Source: Bispira polyomma
Lineage: Eukaryota
Assembly (NCBI GenBank): GCA_965649765.1
Contig: OZ287752.1
Coordinates: 66,898,001-66,962,000 of the forward strand
DNA length: 64,000 nucleotides
Direction of reading: 5' to 3'
The notes beneath the pieces are model-generated. The model was not told the DNA's origin, did not search any database, and saw only the letters and a list, made by a program, of their open reading frames with translations. Each line of letters starts with the position of its first letter. Position 1 is the stretch's first letter. Both the position numbers and the translations under genes were made by a program. Positions 13,013 to 26,465 of the stretch are shown here, one piece after another.

Positions 13013-14157
13013 AAAATATATATGTGGACATATTTTCATATTTCGAATGTAGTTCTTTTACTTTTTTTCTAAATCGGCCGTATTTTTTTTAAATTTTAAA
13101 TTGGCGATATTTTTATCGAATCTAAATTGGCTGTACATTCTACAAGTCAAAATTCCCCAGCTGGCTCTGTCTCCTAGCTCATGACCAAGTTCACCCTTCA
13201 TTGATACCTTACAAGATTACAGTTGACCTTTGATATGATGCATGAGTTGAATTACACTTTATTATGAATACAACAATGTAATAACACTTCGGGGCATTTT
13301 ATTAGTATCACACATACAGGTTAAACATTGAGCTACAGTTGTTAATTTCTAAAATTAATGTTGTTATTTATATTACAAAAGAGTTTGAATTTCTTCCTTT
13401 TTCACTAACTCCGAGTATAACTATGCTACACCCAGCTGTTGATAAAGAAGAGTTCTGTCAACATGTGGTATGTGTTCCAGTTCATGGTGTTTTTTATATC
13501 TATTTTATTTTACAAGCATTATTATGATGCCTACAGCACAAAATCATCCATCCCTTTCATAAACCATCATAGTGTTCGCGACTCTTAGACAAAGATACCA
13601 AGACACTGCATGTCACACACAAACTTTAATAGGTGAAGACAACTGAACCGGCTAAGGCCAGGTTCACCAGTGACGAGGTTCTTCCCAACATGAATGATCT
13701 CAGTGCTGCAGCCCCAAGTGTAATTTCATTTCCAAATGCCATATCCGTTCTTGCCATATGATATTACCTCAAAATACATGAAAGTTACAAATTTATGTTT
13801 ACAAATATTAAATTTACAAATAGTACATATAATACATTTATAGATAACTCTGTTACACATTCTAAACCAATAGAGCAATTACTGGGTGGATGGGGGGGGG
13901 ATAAATGTTTCCTCCTTGCTGGCTACCTTCACACTGAATAGTTCAGCATATTAGAATCCCAAATTCCCTAAATTGGCTGTGTTCTCTCAAGAAAGTTTGC
14001 AAAATTTGCCATTTTTTTCTGGTGGCATATTTGTTTATCCAAATTATTCACCAATGTGCAAAAATAATACAGCAAGAACCGCCCTGGTAGCAGTAATACA
14101 CGATGTTGAATACCCTGGTATAGATTTAAGTTTATTTGATATTTTATTACTTCTTAG

Positions 14158-15274
14158 ATCCAAAGGCAAGCAATCAAGAGAAGTAGAGGAAAGAAAAGAA
14201 GATATCCAAGAACCATCCCCCCAAAGAGGCCTGAAATCTCTGATATTTGCCTACATCATGCTGCTCTTACTGGCCATTGTTTATACAGTGGCCATTGCAT
14301 CTGCTCAAATAACAGGAGGAAGAACTAGTATGTTTGAAATCAACTTCTTCCGCTTTGGTCTGCAAACAATCTTTGCAGCTTCGTGTCTTCTCGCTTTCTC
14401 GCAAAATCCAGCCAAAATTGCCATGAAAGATATGCATAAATTGGTCATTGGCGTTGGCTGCAACTACATCTTGGTCACAACTTTCTACATTGCAGCAATC
14501 CTCTTACCTGTTGGTAATATGGATGCTATATACGGCGGTTGTTACATCATATTGACCACAGGTATTGACCTCTATCGAAAGCAGATTTCCAAACATTCCA
14601 TTCCAGCCTCAGTCTTGGCACTTGCTGGACTAATCATGTTGACTCAAATCTGGAAAAAAGGTGAAGAAGATTCCACGACTAAGGGTATTGCTCCCTGTGA
14701 TTATATGCACAACCATTCAATTTTCCCGGAACACATCATCAGTGCCAATTATTCCAATTCAAGTACTATCGTTGACATAGCTGGGAGAACCCAAACATTT
14801 AGGAACGAACTGTTAATTGGCTATATCCTAGTGTTATGCGCAGCTTTTTGTTCGACAGTATCCGGCAATATGTACAGATCATTACTGCAGTCCTATTCGA
14901 ATTATATTGTTCTGTTCTGGGCCGGGCTTAGCCAATGTATTCTCTCAGCTGCTGTGATGACTGGGCAAAAGTATCTTAGTCATGGCCACTTATCACTACC
15001 TATTGGAGCTATATGTTTGAGCTTTACTATCCTACTCATACTTACAGCGACACTGACAACAATCTTTGCCAATATTGTCTACAAGTTTTTACCAATCTCT
15101 AAAGTAGCCATTTCCACCCCATTCACCACACTGTTACTGTATTTTATACAAAGAACACTATTGAAGCAGTTTCACCCTGGTAATCACAATATCCTGGAAA
15201 TTATGGGTATTGTGTGTATATTTTGTGCTGGAATCTTGTCTCCAGTGATGACAATTATATTTGAACAGACCTAA
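14158..15274 (+). CDS. EamA/DMT-superfamily (SLC35G-like) 10-TM transporter gene 1, main exon
   Basis: About 10 hydrophobic segments, motifs FEINFFRFGLQ, LPVGN and HPGN..LEIMG. Acceptor TTACTTCTTAG ends at 14157. AATAAA near 15312. Colinear with the paralog at 60783-61890. Confidence 0.88.
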
Positions 15275-16775
15275 AATCAAACTGGATTATGATATTTGCA
15301 TTTGTTTGCACAATAAATTGTGAACAATGTTAGCAATTGTAGATATATTAGGAAAAATTATGTTTATTGCAGGTTAGACTTGGCCAAATCTTGCTCAATT
15401 ATATTGAAGCGGCCTAGGGGTTGCTATCTCTGTAGTCTCAGTCAATATTAGGGTCTCAGTTACTAAAGCCACTAATAAGTTGTGTTCAAGTTCTGTTGTG
15501 TTGTGATCTCAATACTGAAGATCATACAAGTAATCATGCAGTATCTCTGCAATGTCAGGCCCTCTGTATTGCAATGTTTAAATTAAGTAGTTTAAGTCTT
15601 TATATCAGGATATCAGGTCATAGGGAGAAATAGTACTCAATGAGGTTTATAGTTCGAGTTAAATACACTAGAATCTGGTAGACACAGTGTAGTAGTATTC
15701 AGTATAGAAATATTTTAAGTACAAAAAAAATGTACACAATTAACCCATATTATTATAACTACCCAGTGGTTAAAAGACCAATCCCACCGACTGTGGCTAA
15801 TTAAACTTAAATGCTACTGCCTACAGTAAAATTATGAACAGGTAAATTATAGCTGGGCCACTAAATATGTAGATCCACTATAATTAGTCTATGCTAATAT
15901 TTTAGAACTACAGCAGATTACATTCAACATATATATTATATGCTAGAACAACTATTCTTATAATCTAGGCGAAATGGAAGAAATAATTATTTAGATTAAA
16001 TATAGAAATGCACTCACATTAACTGCCTATGAGTTGTCTAATCAGATTGATCAGATTCAGTCTTGTTGACAAATTTACTATGTTGTAGTAAGTTGGGGCC
16101 AAATATGGTTAATTCACACCTGCTGCTAGTAATGGACTAAAAGGGGTGTTAGCTCTATAGAGCTGTTCCAATTAAATGTTAGTGAAGTGACAGGTGAATT
16201 ATATCTATGTAAAATGATGTGTAATGGTTTCCAAAATCTACAGCTGATGTTGTCTCAAGGGAGTTCTGAGCTAAACTCCGAAAATGATATAGTTTACTCC
16301 TATTTTATAAGCCCTACTCTGAATGTACTCTGGTTTCCAGAGTAAACAAATACCACAATGCCTAGGAGCATTCTGATTGGCTGGCTTTACTCTGACCTGC
16401 TCTGAATCTACTCTGACTTTCAGAGTACGTTTAAGTACAATTAAAACCTAAAATACTAGTAATATTAAAACATTAAACCTTTCTAAAATACCACCAAATA
16501 TTCTAGCAATATGTTAAATATTTTTACACACACTATCAGCAAGTCAAAACCAATATTCATGACATTCAATTTTGTGGGAAACTGCCACTGGAATAAATGC
16601 ATCACTCTGCAGTGTATCAAATAAAGACCGCTAAATCATCGAGAATTAACAAAATATACACACAGATACTTGGTTCACATTTCCCTCTACTTTTGGTAAG
16701 CAGACTTTAGAAAATCAATACTCCAGATATCCGGATACTACATTCATTTCTCCATAAGTGCTGCATTATGCACTA

Positions 16776-17391
16776 CAGGGGGGACAGGAATTCGTGGTGG
16801 ACAGCATTTCACCATTAATATGGTTACACCTAATCACTGTATAATATTCATTTTAAAGGAATTATTTTCGCATTATAACATTCATATAACATACACATGC
16901 CTACACCACAAATATATAGAATACTGTTTGTCTAAATAAATTTTAAATGAATTTAAAGTACCAACTCAGCTAAATAAACAGTGGTACTGCACAAAATTTG
17001 AGGTTGATGATTAGACAGTACTAATGATTGGCTATTGGGCTGTATTGGGGTTTCTTTCCTGTTTCTCATATTATGTATCATGTACATAAACTATTTCATA
17101 ATATAATTATTATTGATAATAAAAGTTATAGGTAATATTTTAATGTAAATATTTACTATTGTTTGTAAATGGTGAAATGCTGTCCACTTCTAATCTATAT
17201 TAACCCAATTACTTTAGTTTCTAACTTGTGGTTAAAATTCATCAGAAGTCACTTAATGTATCTGGATACGAGTCAGATTTATATGCAATGGAACGACCTC
17301 CACAAATTACCAGTGAATTGCCTCAACATTATTTCCTTTTGCTCATATTTGTTAAATTTCTGTTAATTTCGAACGAATCGCTGTCCCCCTG
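16776..17391. mobile_element. Tc1/mariner-like MITE
   Basis: TA|CAGGGGGGACAGGAATTCGT ... ACGAATCGCTGTCCCCCTG|TA: imperfect TIR with TA flanks. Confidence 0.6.
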
Positions 17392-18007
17392 TACTATACT
17401 GTACTGCATGTTCCTTATTTGGCCCACACACACACACATCCAAATACCTAGTACTGAACAATCATTCACAGTAGAATAAAAACACATTTGCAGGTTGTAA
17501 ACTTACACTTCCCATACTCTAGACCCATTACAATATAAATCCATTAGGAAAAGCAGCATTGTTTCTAGATGTCAGAAGTGTAGATGTCTTAGTGTACTCT
17601 ATCACCCCTCATTTTGTCAAGGCTACTGATCTCGTATTTTCCTGTTATTACATTATGTTGAGTTTGGTGTCAAACAATTTCAAATACATATATTTGTATC
17701 AAACACTAATGCAGTGGTCACAATGAGCATGTTTGTGTTTACGTTCGCTTCATTTTAAACGTAAGCAAAGAGAAATAAACGAAGTGAAAATTCGGGAAAA
17801 CATAGCAAAAAATGTATGGGCCGTTTTGTACACGTTTTGTACACACATTTAACACGTTTTAATATAGTTTGTATTGTTAGCCACATTTTAAAATATGTTA
17901 GCCATGTTTCTATACACATTTCGATCTCATTTTAAATATTATTTGGATGTATAGTATGTCTTACTGCCATCTTTTATGTTATATACACATTGAAGATGTT
18001 TCATATG

Positions 18008-18690
18008 TTTTTTTTTTATATTTTTATTTTTTTGGGGATTGCCCTTTTAAAAATAATTCTGCAGGCACAGTGTAGGAAAAGGGGTTAAAGGCTACACTGA
18101 CCTGTTACAATCAACTTAATTAACATAACTTGTAGTTTACTATTACAACACATTTAATTACCGATATTCATAAAACAAAAAATACTTCTATACTGACAAT
18201 TTTATTGTTCCATTATTATTTTCCATCTATTCCATATTATACTGAAATTATCAAAATTGGATTGTATCTTGGCAAGCATTTCCTGCTCTTTATATATTCG
18301 TTTAATTACATTTTGTATAACATGAAAATACATTTTTTTATTTAATTGGGCAAATTGGAAAAGGTAATATTTTGTCACAAGTATTATTGTGTTAATTGGT
18401 GTAAAGTTTTGATCGAAATGAGGATAGCCCATTATAATAAAGTAGTCCGTAAAAGTAATTTTTATATTCAAAACATTTAAAATCCAGCTTGTTATCTGTT
18501 TCCATATTTCATTTGACACATTACATCTCGCAAACAAATGAATAATTGATTCTTCTTCTAAGTTACATAGTCTACACTTTGCACTTGCCGAGATATTGAT
18601 TTGTTTCAGAAAACGTCGAACTCCAAGACGACGTGTTAGGATACGCTATTGAAGCCAAATTATACGATTATCTATCAGAGTTTTAAAACA
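18008..18690 (-). mobile_element. L1/Tx1-like LINE 3' end (zf-RVT region and A-rich tail)
   Basis: CRLCNLEEESIIHLFARC...IWKQI...ILVTKYYLF...WNRW, followed by an A-rich tail. Confidence 0.8.
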
Positions 18691-19819
18691 AGTTTCATAT
18701 GTTACTCGCAAACACACCAAACAGTTTAGTCGAGATCGGCGAAAATGCCCCAAACAGGTTTGAATGTCGTTACATTTTTTGGTGCGAAATCGAAACTTAA
18801 GGCCAGTGTGATCACGGCATAAAGTAGTTGTTTAGTGTTCCTGTTATTTCATGAAATTTTAAAAACTTAGTTAGAATGGTGATTATGCATAGGCGATATG
18901 ACTTGAACTGGACCAGTTCGCACGCCGGGTCTGCTTTCAACTTCAACTCAGAACAAGGATGCCACACTGGCAAAATCCGCAAACGAGTCGCAGTTGAACA
19001 CGAAACCGAATGTGCCTGCTTTCTTGATAAGACATAAGAATAATTTTATTTTATAATTGATATATTTTAGTATAGATTGCTTTGCATAATCAATGCAAAA
19101 GGTGCTAGAAATGGATTTATTAAAAGACAGAGAGTAGAAAGAATCCACCTGCCGTTTTTTCAACAAAATGTACTAAAATGAACTAGAAGAAGCCTCCTGC
19201 CTCTTCTAACAAAACGTATTAAAAACTAAATTTGATAATTAGTCATATAAGAAAATCATTTTTCTTCCTCAATATATATATAAATATGTCTGAAATTGAT
19301 GGTTCATTTTTACACAGATTGACTAATCAGTATACTGTGATTTCAGTCAATCTGTGTAATGGTGTTGGTAATAGTTTTTACATAGATTGTCTAATCAATA
19401 TTAAGAGATTTTAGTCAATCTGTGTTATGGTGTTTGTAATAGTTTACTGTGATAAGATGTAGCTAGTCAAGATGGTATGTCTTTGAATAGTTTTATGCAA
19501 AACCCTTTGCCTGTAACTTTTTTATTTCTTTTCAGCAGCAGTAGCAGGTGGACTTAAATTTTATTAATATAAATGCAATATAAGTATCTCAGATGTGAAT
19601 TATATTGGGTGAATTAACATTATTTTATGCATTATAAGTATCTCAAGTGGGGTTACATATTGTGTTAATGACAAGATAAAATTCTTAAATATTTCTTAAT
19701 TTGTCTTCTAGCTGTGAATTCCAAATGTGACTTCTTTGATTTTTAAAAAGGTCATTTTCTCTGATTACGCGGACCATAAATTTTTAAGAAACATCTGATT
19801 CTCGGCTATTCTCCTACAT

Positions 19820-20530
19820 GTAAACCAACAAAATCAAGCAAAAAGAAGAAGATTCATCATCTACTCATTCTAAACCAAAGAAACTTAAGATTAATAACAA
19901 TAATAATAATAAAACTGATGAAGTTGCTGCTATCGAGAAGACTCTAAATTATCTTCAGAATTCTGCCACTGATATTACAGACCTGGTCTATCCTCCTCAG
20001 CTTCAAGCTAATAATATTATTTCATCACAAGGAATTCAGGATAAATGGACTTTTCATATTTGAAGATATAATTATTTAGTTTCTGTAGGTTCTAATGGAA
20101 AATTAGAGGATATAATGTAAACAGTCTTAAATGAAGGTGTTAAGTTAAATATATTAAAATTTGTCATTATACTACATCACGTAGAAATTATATCTCAATC
20201 AATGAAAAGAAAAATGATAGATGGAAAGAAAGATATTAATTTTCAAATTCATCTAGGAGGGAGAATATATGCTGGTTGTAATAGTCCTTATAAAACCATT
20301 TTAATTAGAAAATGGAATACTAAATGAAAGAAGACATCTCTTTAAAACCAAAAGAATGTGAAGAGTTTGTAAAATATGGAAATATGATATATTCAGAGAG
20401 GGTACAAATCTATTTCTTTATTCCTTGTATAATTCAATTAAATAAGGCCAACCATAAACCATGAGAGTGTACAGAGTGCAAGCATCTTCACCAAGCAGTC
20501 CAAGGAGAAGTGGATATAGACAGCCCTCTA
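19820..20530 (+). pseudogene. Degraded tandem PC4-like (ssDNA-binding fold) gene, Polinton/Maverick-like
   Basis: Manual translation: LNEGVKLNILKFVIILHHVEIISQSM...QIHLGGRIYAGCNSPYKTILIRKW..(frameshift)..EDISLKPKECEEFVK...IPCI...NH..ECTEC. Contains stops and frameshifts. Confidence 0.55.
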
Positions 20531-21339
20531 ATTATATGACTGATATATTATAGAAAAACATATATACATACATACACTTGTATTTTCTAATGGTAGTTTG
20601 TAATAGTATTGTTGTTTCTTAAGAAAATTCTTATGTACTCTATAAGGATTTTGGAAAATAAAATAAAGTTACCCAGCTTATTTTCATAAACCCACTCAAC
20701 CCTCTTTGACCCACACTCTTATTATTATTTCACCAGCCCCAAGTAGTCTAACCTTCAATCTGGTCTTTACTTTTGTTAAAATAGGCCAATACACACTATA
20801 TCATATGCTCATTTTATATCGTGCTGCAATCTTTACTTTTTATTTTACAATGATGAAAAATTAAGATTTTTATTTTGACTGTATCAATCTTACTCGTATT
20901 GTTTTCTTATCTGGCGCCATATTGTCTACTCGATTTTCATGTCAAGATTTATCTCAATTTTATTTTATAAAGCTGAATAAATTATTATTGTAAATATGCG
21001 TAATCAGTAAATATGCGTAAACTTACTGATTGGTCAGTAAATACGCGTAATCCCTAAAAACTTCAGTAAATACATGTATTTACTGAGATTTAGTCTCCAT
21101 TATTTCACAAGTTTACTGGTTATCATTTCGGTAAACATGTATAATGTTAAAATGGTTTTTGTTTGATTTAATGTTGAATTTAAGGTGTTTAATTTAGATT
21201 CAAAAGATAAATATCAATATTTGACCTTGTTTCATAAATTATTAAGTTCAAGTTTACATTGGTACATCATATTCAGTAACTTTTAAATATATATTACATT
21301 TATTCATCAAAATTATGATATAAAATTATATTAACATAA

Positions 21340-21680
21340 AATTGTATCGCGGGGTGTAGACATATTATTTATGCTTTTTCCGGCATCTGTCGTCTGCCGT
21401 CCTCCATCTGCCGTCCGCCGTCACTCTTCGTTTCCGCTCATTGTAAGAAAAAATATTTTAGCAATCTTCACCAGATTTGGTATGCTGGTCAGTAGCTCGC
21501 TTGGTATTGCCACGGCCGCCATCTTGAAAACGGTTTTCGGATATTTAAAGGAAAAGTATTGCAGCTATCATCACCAAATTTGTTGTGGAGGTGTATCATG
21601 TCGATAGCTTGGCCATGGCCACCATCTTGAAAATGGTTCCTGGACATTTAAGAAAAACATACTGGACAGATCATAAAGCA
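21340..21680 (+). mobile_element. Helentron-like non-autonomous element, 5' part
   Basis: TTGTAT start, degenerate (CCGT)n microsatellite, and repeated TTCACCA[AG]ATTTG / GCCGCCATCTTGAAAA motifs also seen in the 27.3 kb element. Confidence 0.5.
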
Positions 21681-22949
21681 ATATGGATTGCCATTTGATT
21701 CAAGTAGTCTACAGGTTAGTTTCTAAAATAAAAGTAGTTAAAACACGGGCCAATAGTCTTGCAGTCTATAGAACTGTTTACAGTAAAGTAACTATAAATA
21801 TGTACAAACAAATAATAAACTTGAAATTTGTTGCCGGATACCAATTGCACAACCCGCCTTTTTAGGGTCTATAATCCCACTTGTTATTTCAATTAGCTAT
21901 CAACATGAGAAATTCGCAAATAGCACAGAAACCGTTACAAATAAAGCGATTTCGAGCAAACTTTTGGCCCTTTGGGTATGAAAGACCTTACATATAGTGC
22001 ATCTGAACAAACAAAACAAAGTCTTTAAAGACTACTGTACAACTGTTGACAAAGTATTCATAGGGTGGACGTTACTCATGATTTTGTGTTTTCTTTTATG
22101 CTATCCTGTTTATTTTCATATGTTGCAGCTACTCTTAACAGGGCATCCTATTTCTGTGTGAGTGTATATTTGTAATGGGTGTATGTGTATTTAGAAATTT
22201 GAAAGAACTTTAAACAATACTTAAAAATACAATTTGTTACTGTCAACTTAGATTTCAGCAGTTTAAGTCATAGAATTGCCACAAATCAGGTGTTTCTTTA
22301 AATTAATAGTCCGAGCCGAAGGCAAAGACCATTAATTTTAAAGAAATACCTGATTCGAGGCTATTTTCCTATACTTAAATAACAATGTACAATGAAATTT
22401 AAGAACTTAAATGGGTATTACCGGATATCTAAATACACATACCTTACCCTCACAGTGTACTTAATTCTATTTTTGAATTAACCGCTCGAACACAAAAGAA
22501 TAAAAAGTCTTTTTCCAAAGATGATTCTTGTTCCAAACAACAATGTGCACTGCGCATGCATGGAAGTGATATACTTCCGGTAACAGCATGGCATAGTCAT
22601 TCTTAATTTGTTCGCCGACCAGCTCGGATGACCTGTTTTGTAAACAGCATCGGAACTTCAGTGAGTTATGACAGGGAATCAGCAGTGATGACATTTTAAT
22701 TCAGGGTTTGTGTGCCCACATTTGTTGGGGAGTTCTCCACTTTCGTCCATAGCGGATTTTGAAGAGTTTTGAAACAGCCTATCAGGGTTTGGGTACCAGT
22801 CCAACAATTGCTTGGTCTGTCATTTGGAGAAGACTTTCAATTACATGAATCTCAAGAAGAAAGAGCAGACTCTTGAGGACCACCACCTAGTACTGCTCTT
22901 GGCTAGCAGAAGCAGAAGACCAACCTTAAACTGGCATGGACCCTATACA

Positions 22950-23800
22950 GCTCAGCCCTATGACGTTTTGATAGTGATGTCTCAGTAAAACTCAGTATTT
23001 GTATGCCTAGTAGCCTCTACATTGTCTAAAGTTTGCAGTCCGGTGGGTATTTTGAAGGAAGACCTTGCTCAGTGGTAGAAGATCAGCCCTCAACTGCCGT
23101 AGACCCTCTACAGGCCTTTGACGCTCTGAAGTAGCGAGTGGTTGTGGACAGGGGCAAGGCCCCAGATAGGTCCCAACTTACTTAGCTCCGGTAGTAAAGA
23201 TGTAGATGGATGTGCAGAATACTGAAGATAGCTGCTGTTGTTTCTGCAGAAGATCCATCACCTCCTTGCCGTGGTGTGACGAACGATGTTTCTATAGTGA
23301 TCTCCCAGTAAAAGTCAGCATTCGTATGTTTAGTAGCCTCTACAATGTCTGAAGTTTAAAGCATCATCCAGTGAACAGAGAAGATTGGTCTAGTGGTTAA
23401 CTGTCTCACCTTTGGATCTACACAGACATAACGATGTGAAGATGTTTCTGAGTAGGCAGACGACCCTTCCTTGCTGAGTTGACGACAGGGACTGGGCCAT
23501 TAATGTCCCTACTTAGATCAACGGTCCTTTTTAGAGGGTTACTTTCTATCCCATGATCAAGAGTTCGTAGATCTGTGGCTCTTGTCAATGTTTTCCTACA
23601 ATTTGTCACAGTTTTCTGTCAGAATTGTAGATTTTGAGGAGATACCAGGCCTGATTTCATCCTTCTCTTACAAGGTAGGACGAACACAACACCCAGGTTA
23701 CCAGAGAACGCAGTTTTACCTTCATTTGACCCTTTGCAGACTCTTCTACAGAGAATGGAGCCTTGAGGTGACTGTTGGGACCGAGGAGGTGAAGACAGGC
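22950..23800 (-). mobile_element. Highly degraded DIRS1-type recombinase remnants
   Basis: A duplicated ~70-bp segment (near 22971 and 23294) translates as TLDNVEATRHTNTEFY*DI, resembling the DIRS YR C-terminal FYLRD motif. An LGPI motif follows. Confidence 0.3.
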
Positions 23801-26099
23801 TTAACACACATTTTATTGAATGCGGTTTAACTGCAAATAAACAATGACACAGTATGGCACAACTTATTTCATTTAGACATTTAACAGATCAAATTGGAAT
23901 TATCAATTGTACTAAACTTAAATTTAAACATTTCTGTAAAATGCTGAAAGCCTTTGTGTGACCTTTATGTAAGTACTTAATGACCTCTTATAATTACACT
24001 GAAATATATTCTCCCTTTTGCCTATATTATTGTTGTTATTATTAAACCTTTATTCACACTTAAATGATACAATTACAATTATGCTATACAAATATTTTAA
24101 CAATAACAATCCATCTTGACATTCAGAATATGACAGTTAACGTAAGGCAATGAGTGCATTAATTTTATAAGGTAATATACTGGCAACGTAATGCTGACAT
24201 TATACCTACAAATTAAAATTAAGTTCATTAGTATAATTTATACTAGCAGAAATCTGTGATTTATCCCCAATATCAAACTTTCTTTTATGCTTTATTTAAG
24301 GTGGTCACTTGTTACACTTTGATTTATATCTGAGCAATAACACATTGTGCAGCTCAATTTATACTCAAGCAAACAATATACAAATAACAATAAAATAACC
24401 AATCACATAAAACTACACTCATTGACCAATCAGAAAGAAAAACCATTATCCAAATACTCTGATATAACCATTTCCTGTGACAGTGAATGACCCTTTGTTT
24501 TGTACTCCTTTGTAGTCACCACATGCTAAGTTTATCCAATATTCAAAGAACCCATTTTTTATCTGGACACTACAGATAACATGGAACTCCTTTGAAGTAG
24601 GCCAGAGACTATATAATAAACATTTATGATTATGTAATATACATTTCCCTATCATGGTGTTTAATTACAATATACATTGTGCAATATTCTTTGATATTCC
24701 TTATATAAAAATACCTTTATGCGGTAAGACTCTAGCTGCACCACAGGCTATTGTTCGATAACTTATATTGGACCCTGTAATAAATTAACACTATTTGTTT
24801 GGCTGAATTACACGTGATAAAAAAAATATAAACATAAAGTACGCATAGGTAGATACAGAACCCAACAGTGACAAGATCCAATAACCAGAAATTTGCAAAA
24901 CGTTTGAAGTTATTGCCAGGAGATTGAATGAAGTTTCACAAAGATTTGCTCATCTCTGGCCCAGTCCAATGTATTTTTCAGCCTCTAGGAGGGTGTATGG
25001 AAGTTTGCCCTTTAGGAACTTTGCCCTTCGGGAACGTTGCCTTTCGGAAGATTGCCCTTCAGGAATATTGTCCTTCACTAAAATTGAGAGGTAGAAACTT
25101 TGCCCTTCACATAAAAGAAAATTGTTATTAGAAAAATCTAATGGAGCTTTTTCACAGTTATGCGTATAATGAGATGGGCGCACAGTCTGGTTTTGAGTTT
25201 GCGCTATTTGCAAAGAGGATGGATATCTCTTCAAATGGCTTTGACAAATATTGTGTACATTGATTAGTACTACTACATGGCAGAATCCCTTTGTAGATGG
25301 GGTAAGTTTGGGTTTTTCTATATCTTCTTTTGAGTTCAATACTAATGGCACTGTTGGGAGAGAATGCACCGGCTAGCTTGTCCAAGTTTCACTATGTGGA
25401 GATGAGGCGGAGATATCTGGATTTTGCAGTGTTTCTAGCCAAGACAGGTATATTTGGGTGGGGTTAGACTTCTCGTGATATTCTTAATAATTCAAAGATT
25501 CACAGAGATTCGTCGGATTCGCGGGATTCTTCGGATTTATAGTGAGGAATCATCAGTCTGTGGTGGGCGATATTGGGTGGCACTACGACTGACCCCTTTA
25601 TCCTTATTTCTGTCGAATTTGCAGATATTCCGGAGTTACATTTGTCGGAAGCAGTTTTGTCGCATTTCATATCCTATTTGGTTTGGATTCGCCAAGATTT
25701 GTCCTGGATTCGCTGTGCGGAACATGTGGTTACTAATGACAGTCATCTACAAGACCGTTCCTGTCATTTGCAGCTCTCTCAAATATGCAGTATTTCCAGC
25801 CAAATTTTGTACTCGGTGGTGTTAGATGCTCACTTTCACATCCTAATGATTCAGATTGGTACACATTCATCGAATTTGCTGTATGGACATTTACTTTGAC
25901 TCACAACTTTTGACTGTCACATTTGAACACTGCTATATGGAATTTCGATTGGTTCCCTCGAATTTATTTGAACGGAACTTAGAATTTCAATCCACCATTT
26001 TTACTGACTGCATTAAGATTCATCAGTCCCAGTTAGTCGACTGCCTGGTTGATTGGTCTCCATCGCTAGAACAAATTTGAATTCAGATTTAATAGGTAA

Positions 26100-26465
26100 G
26101 TTTATTTCGACAGTTCAAAGATTGGGCTGTGTGATAAACCTTCAGAAATCAGAGCTTCAGCCCCCTTGATGATAGATTTCCGCTGCTACCACTTCACTTT
26201 GACACCAGGTAGAGTCAAGTATAGCACCCAGAATGTTTATGGTCTTCATACGAGAAAACAGTGCCATTTGGAAGGTTACCTATGAGACCCTTCCAATAGC
26301 ATCTAAAATCTCATTGGTGGTACCCCAGTCACTGGTCATACAGATATTAAAATCGACCAATTAAGATACCCTCTTTATGTCTTGGTAGGGGAAGATTTGC
26401 ATCCAAGAGAGCTAAATCTTCTCTTATTTACAGATGCTTTGAATATCCGTTGGGGGCACATAAGC
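26100..26465 (+). mobile_element. DIRS1-type RT/RNase H fragment
   Basis: LGCVINLQKSELQP; VPFGRLPMRPFQ*HLKSHW; LLLFTDAL..RWG(A)H (RNase H start). Confidence 0.7.

Noticed and set aside
13973-14157. N-terminal 61 aa of the 433-aa ORF
   Set aside because: Starts at TTG, has no counterpart in the paralog, and ends in a canonical acceptor; it is intron read-through.
24420-25385. PHD-like and transposase-like fragments on the minus strand
   Set aside because: Too degraded to assign; key Cys residues are missing.
25454-26080. Cluster of overlapping ORFs / possible LTR with primer-binding site
   Set aside because: No recognisable domain, and no convincing PBS or paired LTR.
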